Assembly: GCA_963693365.1 (NCBI GenBank)
Contig: CAVNZM010000004.1
Span: forward strand, 4,082,047 to 4,146,046
Direction of reading: 5' to 3'
Source of the DNA: Amoebidium appalachense
Lineage: Eukaryota > Protista > Ichthyosporea
Length of the DNA stretch: 64,000 bases
Shown: one piece after another, positions 1-14,617 of the stretch
How positions within the stretch are numbered: position 1 is the first letter of the stretch
How the letters are laid out: each line of letters begins with the position of its first letter
The notes under the pieces: model-generated
What the model saw: only the letters and a program-made list of their open reading frames with translations
Databases searched by the model: none
Told to the model about the DNA's origin: nothing
Program-made: the position numbers and the translations under genes

Positions 1-71
1 CCCCTACTAAACCCACCATGAACCCCCTCCCACCCATGCCCAAACCTTCCCTTTCGAGCATGAGCCACCAG

Positions 72-3035
72 GTTATGCCAACGCATATGGCGGAGGAAAA
101 GTCAATGGCACCACCCACCCCCCCTGCTCCCACCCATATTGCACCCCCCCCCCGTCGCTGCCACCGGCCCCGCTACCACCGTCCCCTACTGTGATGGCGC
201 ATGCACCGACGCCTTCCGCCACTATGAGCCAATCAAAACCTTCCGTTGCCGTACCCCCACCCCTACAACCAATCAAAGGGGCCGATGGTCACGTGTACAT
301 GCCTGTGCGCAATGCACGTGTGCGTGTGCTTGGGATGGATCATGATGTCGTCACGGACGATTTTGGCGGTTTCTGGCGTCTTCTGGCACCTGGTAGAAGC
401 TACACGATCATTGTGTCGGCAGAGGGATTCAAGGTGAGTGTACGTGTGGTGAGATGATTGGATGAGTTTGTAGGTCGATGGGTTGAGCTCGTGTGTGTGT
501 GCATCGATGGTGGCAAATCGGCAATGATAGGGGGAGAGAGAGGGGCGGGCGGTGGACGGGGGGAGGGGGGGGGGGGGGGGGGGGGGGGGGCTGTAAGGGA
601 GGGAGAGTAGGAGGGAATGGCCTGTGTGTGTGGCCTTGGGTAGCGGAATTCCTTTTCGTTGTCAAGGGAAAAGTAGGGGGGGAAAGGGGGGAAGGGGTTT
701 GGGGTGGGGGGGGGGGGGGGGGGGGGGGGGGATTCCGTGGTCTAGGCAGCCTACTGGGCATTTGCATGCACGACTGGGCGCTATGCAAGAGCACCTTAGC
801 ATGCAAGAAAGTATTCGGCTGGAAACAGCCTTCTTCTCTTCGATATCTAACTTCGTAATCTCTCCTTCCCTCCATCCCCCCCCCCCCCCCCCCCCCCCCT
901 CCCTCCCTGCAAAACAACAACCCCCCCCCCCCCTCCCCCCCCCCCCCCCCACACACACACACACGCACAAACACACATGTACACATACACGTGCACACAG
1001 GCTACTTCCTCCGCACCGTCACCGGTTCCTCCTCTCTCCCTCCTTCCTCCGCCCCTTTTCCCTACCCTCCCCTCTAACAAATACATTCTTTCCCCCCTCC
1101 CCCCCCCCCCTTGCTCCCCCTCCATTCTCCCCCAAACTCCCCCCCTCCCCCCCCCCCCCCCCCCCCCCCGCTTTCCCCATCTCAGGACGCGCGTGAGGAT
1201 GTATTCATTGGTTCGACCAATGGTCCCGTCTCCCTCAACGTCACACTCACCCGTATGACAGCGGACGAAATGGAAATGGCAAAAAACAAGGCCATGAACC
1301 CCCCCCTCACCCCCACCTCCCCCGCAACCGACCCCCACCTCCACAATTTCGCCTACCCCGTCGGCCACCGCGGCGGCGCACATGGAGCCCGATTCGATTA
1401 CCGATGCCGATGGGTGGGAGTGGAAACATAATTCCTACGATGAAATTACGGCGAAGTTGAAGGAGATCGCCGAAATGTACCCAAACGTGGCTCGCTTGGA
1501 GTCGATCGGCCAATCGCGCGAGGGACGGGAAATGTGGGTGGTAAAACTGACCAATCAGTTGGTCAATGCGACGACGGTTCCCCCCAGGGCGAAGGTGAAA
1601 TTCTTGGGGTGCGTGCATGGAAATGACGCTGTTGGGCGCGAAATTCTCCTCCGATTGGCGAACCACCTTGCCAAATCTTACGAATCGGATACCGAAATCA
1701 AGGGTCTTCTAGATTCGACAATTGTGCATGTGGTTCCGTGCGCAAATCCCGACGGATACGAACGGAAATCCCGATTTAACACAGCCGGCGTGGACATTAG
1801 CCGTAATTTCCCGGACCAGTTTTGCGGAAAACCGGAATCGTTTGAACCGGAGACCCTCGCCCTCATTCGCTGGTCCCTGCGGGAGCAATTTTCATTGTCG
1901 GCGAGCTTTTACGGGGGGGCTCTTGGGGTCACATACCCGTATGATAGCAGCAAATCACTGGCGTGCAATGAGACGGCGGGCAAGGGGATGGAGAGTAGGA
2001 CCCCGGAAGATACGGAATTTCGCTATTTGGCGCAGATTTACGCGGCGCGGCACGCTACTATGATGACCACACAAGAGAAATGTGATGTCGACGGACCGGC
2101 GTTTGAGAATGGGACACTTAACGGTGCACTGTGGTACGTGTTTGTGTATGTGTGTGTGTGTGTTTTTGCCGGGTTTTAGGGGTTTTTTATTTGTGGTGTC
2201 TAACTGCATATGGGTGGGTGGGTGCTGGTGCTTTGTGTTTGTGTGTGTGGACAAGTCTGTTGCGCGGGCCTGTGTGTGTACCGTCCGAGAGGGGGGAGGG
2301 TGGGGGGGAGGGGGAGGGGGAGGGGGGCCGGGGTGAGTTCTCGGGGTGGAATTTCTTCGGTTCGCAATGCACTTTGCGTTTGAAAGAATTGGGCATTTCG
2401 TGTTGGTGCAAGTCAGAGGTTTAACACTTTCGGTTGTAGCATGTGTGCACATTCCTGTCTTTGGTGTTCTCTTCCTTGCACAGCCTTTTAGAGTCTGTAG
2501 ACACACCCTCATTCCTTGCCATACACGCATGCCCGTACACACTTAACACGTACACCTTCACAAGTACACATCTTTATGCACCTATGCACACACTTACATG
2601 GACACACGTACACACATACACACACTAACAAGAACACACGTAAACTCACACCTACACCTACACGTACACACGTACACACATACACACACTAACAAGAACA
2701 CACATAAACTCACACCTACACGTACACACGTACACACGTACACACATACACCTACACGTACACACACAGGTACCAGCAGCGTGGGGGCATGATGGACTGG
2801 AACTATTGGGCTGTGGGCACGATGGAAATCTCCGTACACGTGGGCTGTGCCCCCTTCCCCCCTGCCTCCGCTCTACCTTCCGCCTGGGCCAGCAATAAGG
2901 GAGCTATTATTAGGTTTATTCGTGAGGCACACAGAGGTATCAAGGGGGTGATTTATAACACGGACGCAGAGCCGGCGGCACACGGCGTTGTTCGGTATGT
3001 GTGTGTGTGGGGCGGGGAAGGGGGCGCGGGGGGAC

Positions 3036-3069
<34 letters not shown>

Positions 3070-3162
3070 GGTGAGGGTGGGGTGGGAGGGTGGTGTGGGG
3101 GGGGGGGGGGGGGGGGGGGGGGGGGAGAGAGAGGGGGGAGGATGGGTGTGGGTGGGTGGGTT

Positions 3163-3212
<50 letters not shown>

Positions 3213-4518
3213 TGTTTTTTTTTTTTTGGGGGGGGGGGGGGGGGGGAGGGGGGAGGATATGCGGTGTTATGGGAAGGCCTTGTATGGTGAAGAGCGAGAG
3301 GTGGTTCGTGGGCACCAGAAGAAGAGTTAGAGAGCAAAGTATGCATGTATCTGTACCTATGTGGATGGGTGCCAGTGTGTAAGAGTGCACGGTTGAAGAT
3401 TTAAGGGGAGGGGAGGGGGGGGGGGGGGGGGGGGGGGGAGGGGGATATATCCGTGAAATGTAGCAAAAGGGATAAAGGAAATGAGGGTAGATCTGGTTGC
3501 AAGACAACAAAAACATTGGATGTGTCTTGGGGGCTGGGTGTGGTGTGTGTGCACATAGTGTGACATGTGTGTGTGACACGTGTGGCAAACTGTTTGGTGG
3601 TATCTGTGGCTGTCTGCCGGTGTACTGGTGTTTGCACATTCTTACATTTCCCTTTCCCCACAATCCCCCCCCTTCCTCCCGCCTCAGCCCCCCCTCCCCC
3701 CCCCCCCCCCCCTCCCCCCCCTTCCCTCCCTACTCACACACATGCATGTACGCGCACACCACCACCACTACCTCATCCTCCTCCATACACAACACAACAC
3801 CTTTCCCTCTCCCTTCTCCCCCCCCCCCCCCCCCCCCCTCTCTCTCTCTCTCTCTCCCCCCCCCCCCCTCTCCCCCCCCTCCCTCCGCCTTACCTCCACC
3901 TTTCCTCCCTCCTCGGTGCTCTATCACAACAGTGTCGACAACCACGCCACCCGCACGGGGCCCAACGGAGAATACTTCCGCTACCTTCTACCAGGCACGT
4001 ACAAGGTCGAATACTTTGACGAGGATTCGGGCGCGGGAAACAAGACGACAGTTACTGTGAGGCCATTGGACGGTCCTCACGGGGAGTTTGTGCCGGCAAT
4101 AACCATGGACGTATACCTCAGCCTACCGGAGATGAGGCAGGTGATTGGCTGGATGTCAGCCGTCCTCGTTCTGATTGGTGCGTTGGGTTTGGTGTTGGGA
4201 ATCCTGTACACTTTCTGCCGCGCGGTGATTTATTACTGTCAGGGATTCAGGAGATTGGATACCCACGATCGCTCCCAAAATGGAAATGGAATGGTGGCGG
4301 TTTCTGGAAGCGACGGGGAGGATAGCGGCGATGAGCGGGGTGGTTTTAACCGAAATGGAAATTCAGCGAGCACGAAGGTATTTTCGGACAGTGAGACTGA
4401 TGATGATACGGACACGGACTCTGATGACGACGTGTTTGTGAATGGGGCGAACGGTAATTCGTTGCCTATGAAGCAGATGAATAATAGGGGGAGGACTGAA
4501 AATGGGGGTGGGACATAA
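72..4518 (+). CDS. CPD: Carboxypeptidase D-like M14 (N/E subfamily) type I membrane protein, 3' part (5' end outside window)
   Basis: Phase-compatible GT-AG exons ~72-433, 1186-2133, 2770-2994, 3933-4518. Junctions read SAEGFK|DAREDV, NGALW|YQQRGGMMDWNY, HGVVR|VDNHATRTGPNGEYFRYLLPGTY. M14 motifs (YDEI, LESIGQSREGREMWVV, HGND, NPDG, SRNFPD, YPYD), two transthyretin-like domains, a TM helix (VIGWMSAVLVLIGALGLVLGILYTFC) and an acidic tail. One frameshift is needed in the poly-C run at ~1299-1306, most likely a homopolymer error. Confidence 0.9.
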
Positions 4519-5301
4519 CGGGTTTAGGTTTTAAGGTTACCGTTTAGATACATACGTGTTTTGATTGCATGACACACAACACACACATGCACTTGTGTAT
4601 TTTTATGTACACAACGGAAATTTGCTGGTATATGATACATGTCGACCGTTACACACGTGCGTACCAACGTACACACGGGTTCCACACACGCACAAACACT
4701 CTAAATGTTAGGTTGGAAGTTCCCATTTGGTTTTTTTTCCAACTTTTTCTACTTTTCTCCAGGCCTTGTGTGTAAATATTTATGGTTTTCAGCAGGGCTT
4801 GTTCCTCGTCTTCCCCTTCTAGAACAATTTGTTGCACACTCCGTATTTTTTTGTTTTTTTAAAGGCTTTTCTTCTTTTCCCGTTATTATTACGTGTTTAT
4901 TATAACTGTAAGATCCCAGAAGCTTCCACGGTAGTTTAACCATGTCGTCGTTCTCGTTTACGGGTACATAAGAGGAACCATCAACCAAATAACTTTTGAT
5001 TCGCATGCCATCGTTTATGAAACAATATATACACAACTATAGTTATTACATTTTTATTACTATAGGGCATTACTGGTTTTTTTAGTTTTGTTGCAGTCAC
5101 GAGGAGTGTTTGTCGCGTGACTGGCGAGGCCTCCGTGTGTAAGTGAACTTTAACCTTAAGTGTCCAAACATGCCGAAATAAATGGACTGTCAAAAGCAGC
5201 ATGTACAATCGGGACGTATGTTATATTCAAATTCTTCAGCTACGGTACCACATCTATATGTCACAGTAACATTTCAAAGGCCTGTGGCAATTGCAACCAC
5301 G

Positions 5302-5341
<40 letters not shown>

Positions 5342-5911
5342 ATTGACCGGCGGGCGTCGACCACACCACGGCCCCTTGAAAATGTCTGGCATGTCGACAT
5401 ACACGGTAGGCTAACGATGATCCAAGACTGAAAATATACATGTACATCGAATCGATTCTCAAAACCTGATTAAAGAACATGTACAATATCTGTGAATGCT
5501 CTCTATAATACATGCTTTCTACCCCTTTAATGTGTGTTGTGCATATATGGACGTAGGCTGCGGATACTGAGTATACACTGTGATAGTATCCCAAACTAGT
5601 AACCCCCCCCCCTCCCCCCCCCCACCACCACCACCACCACGTACACCACCACCACCACCACCCCCCCCCCCCCTCCCCCCCCCCCCCCCCTCCCCCCTCC
5701 CCCCCCCCCCCCCCCCCCCCAAAGAAAAAAAAATAATAATAAAATAAAAAATAGAAAAATCCAACGCCCCCCACACACACCACACTGCCCACGTGCACAT
5801 AAAGGAGGTATATGCCGGATAGCCGCGTAATAAGGTGATACTCAGTCGCACGTGTGCAGAATCACACTTCATGACACGTGCACGTGCGCACACATACACA
5901 CACACACTGTG

Positions 5912-5960
<49 letters not shown>

Positions 5961-5964
5961 TGTG

Positions 5965-6001
<37 letters not shown>

Positions 6002-6012
6002 TGCATACAACA

Positions 6013-6051
<39 letters not shown>

Positions 6052-6055
6052 TGTG

Positions 6056-6098
<43 letters not shown>

Positions 6099-6624
6099 TG
6101 TGCATACACACACACACACACACACACTGGATGGGCGGCACTTACAACAGCGAAATAAGCTATGGGATTGACCATCGATACTCCCCCATCCCCACCACTT
6201 CCCCCCCCCCCCCCCCCCGTCCCCCCTCCCCCCAAATATCTCTCAATCGAGCTCCTCCTCATGATCGCCCCCTCCCCCCCCCCCCCCCCCCCCCACACAC
6301 ACACTCCAAATTAAATTTCCCTCCCCCCTCCTCCCCACACCCCAAATAAATTTAAATCCCCGCCCCCCCCCCCCCCCCCCCCTTCCCCCTCCCTAAAAAT
6401 TTCCCCTCTTCATGACCCACCCCCCCCCCCTCCCCCCTCTCCCCACACCCCAACTAAAATTTCCTTCCCCCCTCCCCACACCCAAAACAAAATTTTCTCT
6501 CCCCCTCCTCTTCTTCCTCCATTTGATCCAGGGCACGGCGAGGAGTGACATTAAAACATTATCGCCTCAGGGCCAAATCCACACTTATTGTGTTGTATGT
6601 ATGGCTCCTCCCTCCTCCTCCCCC

Positions 6625-6678
<54 letters not shown>

Positions 6679-6878
6679 CCCGGATAGGTTTTGTCACCTG
6701 TGTGCTCTCTAGTCAGCTTAAACTCCACCCATATACATGTTGGGCAACATTCTATCCTTTCTATTTGTTTAACGTTTGTAATGCTTTTGGAAGTCTGCAC
6801 CTTGTTCACCATGATGGTGCCCGGTCACAAATTCAACCCCTCCCCCCTCCCCCCCCCCTCCTCCCGCCGCCGCCACCT

Positions 6879-6923
<45 letters not shown>

Positions 6924-7009
6924 AGCACACACACAAGCGCACACACCGTGATTAGCATGTTAGACACCATCACACACACAACACAGGCACACAGACACAT
7001 GGCACACAA

Positions 7010-7082
<73 letters not shown>

Positions 7083-7357
7083 CCAAATCCCCCTTTCGCA
7101 TTCCTCTCCGTCTCCTCTTCGACCCACTTGAGTTTCATGGCCTGTTCGCTCCACTTTCATTGAGCCATTTCTGGCCCGACTCCTCGTTTCTCCTCCGATC
7201 CCCTTTTCATTTGTCACAGAGATGTTGGTTGGGGTCAAAATGGAAGGAATTTTGGTGGGAAGTGGGTGGGGAAGCTGGGGTAGAGCTACGGGTGGGAGTG
7301 AGGAAGGTGTGGGGGGAGGGGCGTAGGGAGAGCCTTTGGGGAGAAGGGGAGGGGCGG

Positions 7358-7392
<35 letters not shown>

Positions 7393-7401
7393 GGGGGGGG
7401 C

Positions 7402-7603
7402 GGACTTCCATGGCCACTTTCGACAACACCTGTTTGCTGCGAGCTGGGGTGGGAACACAAGGCAATCCGCGATGAATGCAGATTGACCTGGTGACATCAC
7501 ATTTATTGAAACACACGCGCGTGTGCGCGTGTTTTGTAGAGTTAAGGGTGCGAGTGGAGAAGGTATGTGGGAGGGGGGTGGGGAGAGCCTTTTTTTTTTT
7601 TTT

Positions 7604-7661
<58 letters not shown>

Positions 7662-7775
7662 TCCATGGCCACTGTCGGCAACACCTGTTTGCTGTAGCTG
7701 GGGTGGGAACACTTGGCACCCGCAATGATTGCAGATTGACTTGTGACATCACCTTTATTGAAACACACGAGCGTG
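7402..7775. repeat. Two diverged ~120-bp direct repeats separated by G/T homopolymers
   Basis: ggacttccatggccact...acacctgtttgctg...gcagattgac...gtgacatcac...tttattgaaacacacg at ~7402-7520 and ~7657-7775. Confidence 0.8.
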
Positions 7776-8944
7776 TTTTGCAGCAACCGTAATCTTGTCA
7801 GATCAATGGTGTTGTATGCATTATGCAGCATAATTTGTATAATTTTGTTTTGCCCTTCGATCTGCATGACGGCTTACACAACATGCAAATGCAGCACTGC
7901 CAGCTCTTTCGACCTGTCCAAAGGACACTCTATGGCTTCCAACGGTTAAGCTTGCGCGATTGCTTACATCTGTTGAGCACTGTAGGTATAAAGCTACCTA
8001 TTCCGTGTATTCCTGGAGCAAAAAATTGGCATTTCATTTCATGAGCAACCCTCGTTCTTTTCGCAGCTTGAGTGACGAGCGGATCGCGATTCATATGCCG
8101 CCTCGACTCAAACCCTGACATACCACACAACGGCAAAATGCCAAAGGATTATTACCTCACGTAAGTCCAATCACATAATCTCTATTAGTCAGGCAGCTGC
8201 AGTGTGGTACGTCTATCAAGAGACGTTGGCAATGAATCCTCTACTACTGCCTAAGAGCTGCAAATACTGGCATGGTTTTATTTGTTTTAGTAAAAATATG
8301 ATTTATAACACCACAAATATGTGCTTCAGGAGACTTTGCCCTTCTTGCAGCTAAGGCAGCCTTAAAGCAAACATATATTTGATTGGTGTATAATCACGGC
8401 TCTTGTTTTGGTAGTGGTCAGCTTACTGCCGGCCGCCATCGGAACATTTACATGTACAGGCACCCAACATCCATACATCCAAAACCTGTTTTACATAGCA
8501 TTATTAAACACAAGAGAAATAAACTGTTTTTGAATATACTCATTCCCGTTAATAGGGAAGCTGGTAGGTAAAAGACAACACTTCGAGGTGACCGTCAGGT
8601 CAGCTTGACATCGCTCTACAAGGAATTCACTCTGGAATTGTGGAATGTATTAGGCAATAAATTTTACCAATTTATCTCATTTTGGATTGGTATAGACGTC
8701 ACTTAAATTTTTATATGCAATTGAATTGGCCGCAAATCATGTTGTTGTTGTATCCATGGTCGAGAAACACCGCATAGTTCAGCAGGGTCAAGGGCTGAAT
8801 GAGCTTCAAGCGGCGTTGTGAAGCTGCGAAGCGTTGCTTGTCGGAAAACTTCGCTTTTTCTTCACGAACCATAGAGATACCCACCCATTTCCATTACATT
8901 TACAGTCTGTACAAATAGCCTAGTGCAAGATTTTAGATAGCAGG

Positions 8945-10851
8945 ATGGCCCCGGCAGCAAAATTTGCCATAGTGGCAGCGTCCATGCTGGGCGCTCTCGC
9001 ACAGGATCAGTGTGTGTGTCCCAAAGAAAGGCTGTGTGAAACGTTGGCAGGGTTTCAACACATCATCAAGGGGACTGTTATTGGCAAGCTGCCACCCAGG
9101 TATGTTGTAATTTTTTGTGGTCGTTGTTTTTTTTCTCCTGTGGTTGCGTGCGTGTGTCTTTATCTCTTGCGTGTGCTGCACACCCTTGGTTTGGACGACT
9201 GAATTTACACGGTGACACCGACGCATGTGCCTATATATTGATTACTCTACAGTTATAGGTCTACACTTCGAGAGTTGAACCATCAATCAAAGCACAGTCA
9301 TGGCAAAAAATCGGATTTTTTGTGGTTTTTTCTTTCTTTTGACCACGAACGGAACCCTGTGCCGGGTGGCCTTCCTGGCATGTCATTCGCAGTTTCAGCT
9401 CGCTACTCTTTTTATTGTGCAAGAGGTGGGGTGTATATGGGAACGTATTGGAGGACACTGTGCATAGTGCCCTGCATCCATACTTGCATTTATCATTTAT
9501 TGTGGCGGCTATATGAAGGTTCCCATGGCCTCTGAATACGGGAGAGGTGTATTGTCACACACGTTGATATTATGAAGGGTTTATTCATGCTGCAATGATT
9601 TCGTATCATGTGGCCGAGCCAGCGCTAGTGTTCGCATGGGATTTGTGTATCTAAGATTGACGCATGTCTATTAGCAGGGCTTTGTTTTATGTTATGTGTT
9701 GGCTGTTAAGTTGCTTTTTGTGTGTGGGTGTGGGTGTTTGTGTGTATGTGTGTAGGCGCGGGTGTGTGTATGAGTGGTGTACAGTGGGTGGGTGGGTGTT
9801 GTGTGTGTGCGCGCGAAAGTGTGTGTTTGTGTTTGTGTTTGTGTATTCTTAAGCGCACGGCACAACCATACATCATATACAGCGTGTCAGTTTGATAACG
9901 ACAGTACGTGGGTGTTTTTGGTGTCAGCTTTTGGGGATGCGCCCGGTTCTTATTCATGTTCTTTTGGTTTCAGGAGACGGACCTCGCAGTGTGCCCGAGC
10001 ACGAGTGATTATGTGCAATTTGTGTTGGAATTTTGCTGTGTCGTGGCTTAGAAAAGATGTGTGCATGCACATAGAGCACTTTTATGATGTGCTTATGCTG
10101 TGTGTATAATATGGCTATTTTGACGCTTCCAATATGGCCAATATTGCGATTGCCAGTCATGTTGATTTGGCCTCGTGACCCCTGAGTTTTTATGATCTAC
10201 CCGCACCCGTGGTTTGGCACGGTATGGGGATTGGCTCAAAAGAGCAGGTTTTATGTTTGTGTATGTCAAGTATCTTCATGTATGGGCATGCGTGTATAAA
10301 TATGTGCGTGATGTGCAGGTTATTTCTCAGCGACCTATGGGATGCATTCAATCCACGGTTGTACGAACTTCCTGCATACATTTCCTGTTGTTACATTTTT
10401 TGTGCCATTTTACATTAACCAGATCCGAGTTGTCCGTTGCAAGTGTTGAGCTGAATTAGCCGTTTTTTTTTACTGTGGTAATTGTTGTTAACCAGATCCG
10501 AGTTGTCCGTTGCAAGTGTTGAGATGAATTACCGTTTTTTTAACTGTGGCAATTGTTGTTAAGTGTGTAGTGATCCATTGACGCAGATGCTTTAAATACA
10601 TGGCACATGGATTGATGAAGAGAACTTTGGCATTTAGTTTGTTGCCTATCGCCAGTTCTGTGACTCAGTGTGCATTGCAAAACACCACCCATGAATAACC
10701 AAATCTGATGTGTTTTACAGTGCCGTGGGAGGTAATGTGCGATACATTGTCCAGGTCACAGACAGCATTCGCGGCACTGTGGCGGTAATGCCCCCCCCTC
10801 CCCCTTCCCTACCTTCCTGTTGCTCTGGCCATTCTCGTCTTCCAAGCACAC

Positions 10852-10890
<39 letters not shown>

Positions 10891-11331
10891 CACACGCACA
10901 CACAGGATTCTTACTCCTCTATTGGCACGGTACCATTTATGTTGTCTTGGGCTTTGCACTCCTACTGCACCATTGCTCACACACCAACTCAGTTAAGTGG
11001 AGCTCTTTCTCCATTCTCTACATCACTCATGGGCATGGTTTAGAACCCTGCTAGGACCCAAAACATGGACACTTACAAACTCTCGATCACACACTGTACA
11101 TATGGAAGTGCACACAAGTTTGGTTGCGTTCTCTGCCCCTCCTGCAACCGCCCCCCTCCATCCTACTGTCATTCCCTCCTTCCGTAGGGTTGCCGACTGA
11201 CACGTATCTACATCGTGTATCGGATTCCCTTGGCATCCACACATAAACATAGCGTTTGAACCCACACGCACACGCACGCGCGCGCACATATGCGCCACTG
11301 AGCATAAGCACACCCATACGCACAAGCACAC

Positions 11332-11403
<72 letters not shown>

Positions 11404-13625
11404 GGGAGCCAAGGTGACGCTTCAGACGCCTGCCACGGCCAAGGACTGTGGTGTTCTTGGACTCAAGGATGGAGTTGAGCACGTGTTCACTGTGGCCAAG
11501 CTGGGCATGATCACTGATTGTGGTCTGAATAAGCCGTGGGCTACTCTGGACCCAGTTCTCCGCCTGTATGGAACACCAAACCCTCCCTCCCCCCTCCCCC
11601 TCCCCCTCCCCCCACCCCCTCAAAGGATAGGCTTGATTATAATGCATACTCTTTATGTGTGATACACGCTCAGCCTCTTGTTTCCCGTTATGAGTAAATT
11701 GTACTCTAAGGGCAATCTAACCCCCCCCCCCCCCCCCCCCTTCAGCCTCTTGTTTCCCGTTATGTGTAAATTGTACTCTAAGGGCAATCTAACCACCCCC
11801 CCCCCCCCCATCCCCCATTCACATTCACACACAAGCACATGTACACACACACGCACACACACACGGCTGATGGGCCCTGTTCTTGTTGCATGCTGTGTGG
11901 TTGTGCTATTGTTTGCAGTTCACACAGGCACACTCACACGGTGTTCCTCTTTCTGTGTGTGTAGAGCCGCTCTTTCTGCGCACTTCACTCATAGCCCCAC
12001 CCACATCCCTTGTGTGCACCCGAGTTTCTTGATATAGATGCGCATGTGAATATGTCTTGATGTGAGTTTAAATGGAGTGTTCTGTGGACTGTGGATGTGC
12101 TGCCCCCCCCCCCCCCCTCCCCCCTCCCCCCCTTTCCCCCTCTCCCCCTCTCCCCCGGCCGCGTTAAGCTATCCACCTGCCCAATTTCAGCTCCGACTTA
12201 GGAAAGTCCTTTGTCTTCTACAACCTTTACTCCCCATTCATGCACCATTCTGTCTCTTCCCCGACGGGCTCTGTATCTGTCAAAACATATCTTTTCTCAC
12301 GCTTAATAATCCACATACACGGATCTGCGCTCTTTCACTCACTCACACATGCACTTGAACACACACGTACACTCACCGATTCACTCCCTTGCTTTACATA
12401 CACTCACACAAACTCACACACACTCACGTTTTGAACTGCCCACACAGAGATCTGGACGCCAAGAAGGCATGGACGTGTGAGAGGCTCATCATTCCAAATG
12501 CTGTCAACCCTGGTGGTGTGCCTATGGTGGGTATCGAATATTTGTGTCTTTTTGTACCTGATGTATCTCTCTCTCTTTTCACTCTCCATTCTTTTTTATA
12601 TGGGTGGGGGGAAGGGAAGAAAAGGGGGGGGGGGGGGGGGTTGTATGGGTGCATGCGTCTGTGTTTACGTGTTGCTTGCCTGGATAGTTGCCGTGCTTAT
12701 GACCACAGACACATAAAAAGAAATCTCATTGAAATGGGTTGCCTACCTCCTATTCCTTCCCTCTCCACCTTATTCCTTGCCCTCGCCCACATACTACCTC
12801 GTTTTCTCCACCATACTCAATGTCAGTAACTGATACAATTTCTGTTAATTACTTTTTCGTCACTGTAGTGTATGTGCAGGTGTATGAGGGTGTGTGCATG
12901 TGAGTGAGTGAGTGCATACGTGTGTGCCAGTGTGCATAGGTGACATCGAATATCATTGGTGCTGGTGACGACAAGGAAATCATGAATATACACTATGTTT
13001 CTTGCAAACACGTACTAGAGAAAAGTTCACAAAGAAGAACCTGTTAACCTTGTCCTCCCCCCCTCCCCCCCCCCCCCCCCCCCTCTCCCCCAATACACAC
13101 ATGCTCAGTTATTATGTGTGCCTTGCGATTAGCATGCCACTATCCCTCGTTCGTGTGCATCTTCTGCATTCTAACACATTTTAACCCTTCCCCCCCCCAC
13201 CCCTTCCCTCTTTCTAGCCCGTTCAAGCGCAAGTCATCCCATCAGAACCCGCCGCTCCCGCCGCGCCTTCTGCCCCGGCTGCCCCTTCCCCCACACCCAG
13301 CCCTGTGCCCATCCCCCAGCTCACCGTGGTCCCACCCCCTGCTCTCTCACCGGAGCAGGCGAAAGCAGCAGTTGCTGAGGCAGCTCAGGCGGCTGCGGCG
13401 GTGGCAAATGTGACGGCACCTAGTAGCACTAATGGGGGGGAGGCGGTGAAGGTGTGTGTGTGTGTGTATGTGTGTGTATGTATGTGTGCGTGTGCGTGTG
13501 TGTGTGGTTCATGCGCGTGTATGATGTGGATGGGGTGTTGCAGTTTGATTTAGGTTCTTTCTTCTCATTTTTCTTTTGCCTTTTTTTTTTTTTTTTTTTT
13601 TTTTTCCCCTGCATTTCCTTTTTTT

Positions 13626-13656
<31 letters not shown>

Positions 13657-14577
13657 AGGGGGGGGGGGAGCAGATGAGAAAGGCGTCTGTGTGGGTTGGG
13701 GTGTTCGTGTGTGTGGGAGGGGGGGGGGGGGAGGGGAGGGAGGGGGGGGGGGGGGGGGGTATCAAGGTTGATTGGTGAGGGACGCCATTCACACCAAGCC
13801 TATAGGTAGTTGAAGTAAATAGATAGACGTGAAGTGGAGCATCGGTTGGCGTGGTGTGTGTGAGGTTGTGATCAAGGAGGGGAGGGGAAGAAGTTGGTTT
13901 TTGTGGCGTAGAACGGCTCTTGTGTGTGTGTGTGTGTGTGTTTGGGGGGAGGGGGGGGGAGGGGGGAAGCTGCATGAGTATGATTTGCACACACATACGC
14001 AAACATCTGTTGGTCTGTTAATGAATTTTTTTTCTTGTCCCCCATCTCCCACGTACCTTTCTGCTGTATGCAGCATCCTAATCCTTCATTTCCTTCCATC
14101 CCTGCTTCCTCCTCCCCTACCCCCCCCCCCCATCCCCTACCCCCCACCCCACCTCCCACCCACACAAAATACACACCTCCATCTCTTCCACCACCCACCC
14201 TCTTTTTGCACAGGTTGTTTCTCTAGGGCAGCTTGTAGGGTTTGGTGTTCAGGCACCAGGGGAGAAGCAGAAGAAGTGCAGTGCCATCACGAATGGCTGC
14301 AGGGGATGCATTGGGGCTGGCTGCACGTGGCAGCCCGATGGGGATGATGGTTTCTGCACAGAGGCCTGTGACTTTGCTGTATGCATTTACCCCCCCCACA
14401 CCCACCCGCCCATCCACCCTCCCACACATCTGCACATATACACTCGCACACAAATCCTTCGCATGCACGACATGAACAAGAAAGACACGAAATATATGCT
14501 AATGCATGCATGAACCAAACCCTCTCCCTCCCCCTACGACCATGACACTGCCACACAAAATACCTGCACACGCGTTT

Positions 14578-14617
<40 letters not shown>

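Noticed and set aside
1290-1310. Frameshift in the CPD exon (pseudogene or programmed frameshift)
   Set aside because: It falls in a poly-C run in an assembly full of long homopolymers, and the rest of the gene is intact, so a sequencing error is more likely.
7743-8165. Possible small exons upstream of the TIMP-like gene
   Set aside because: A GTAAG donor exists at 8161, but no coherent ORF chain or homology could be built.
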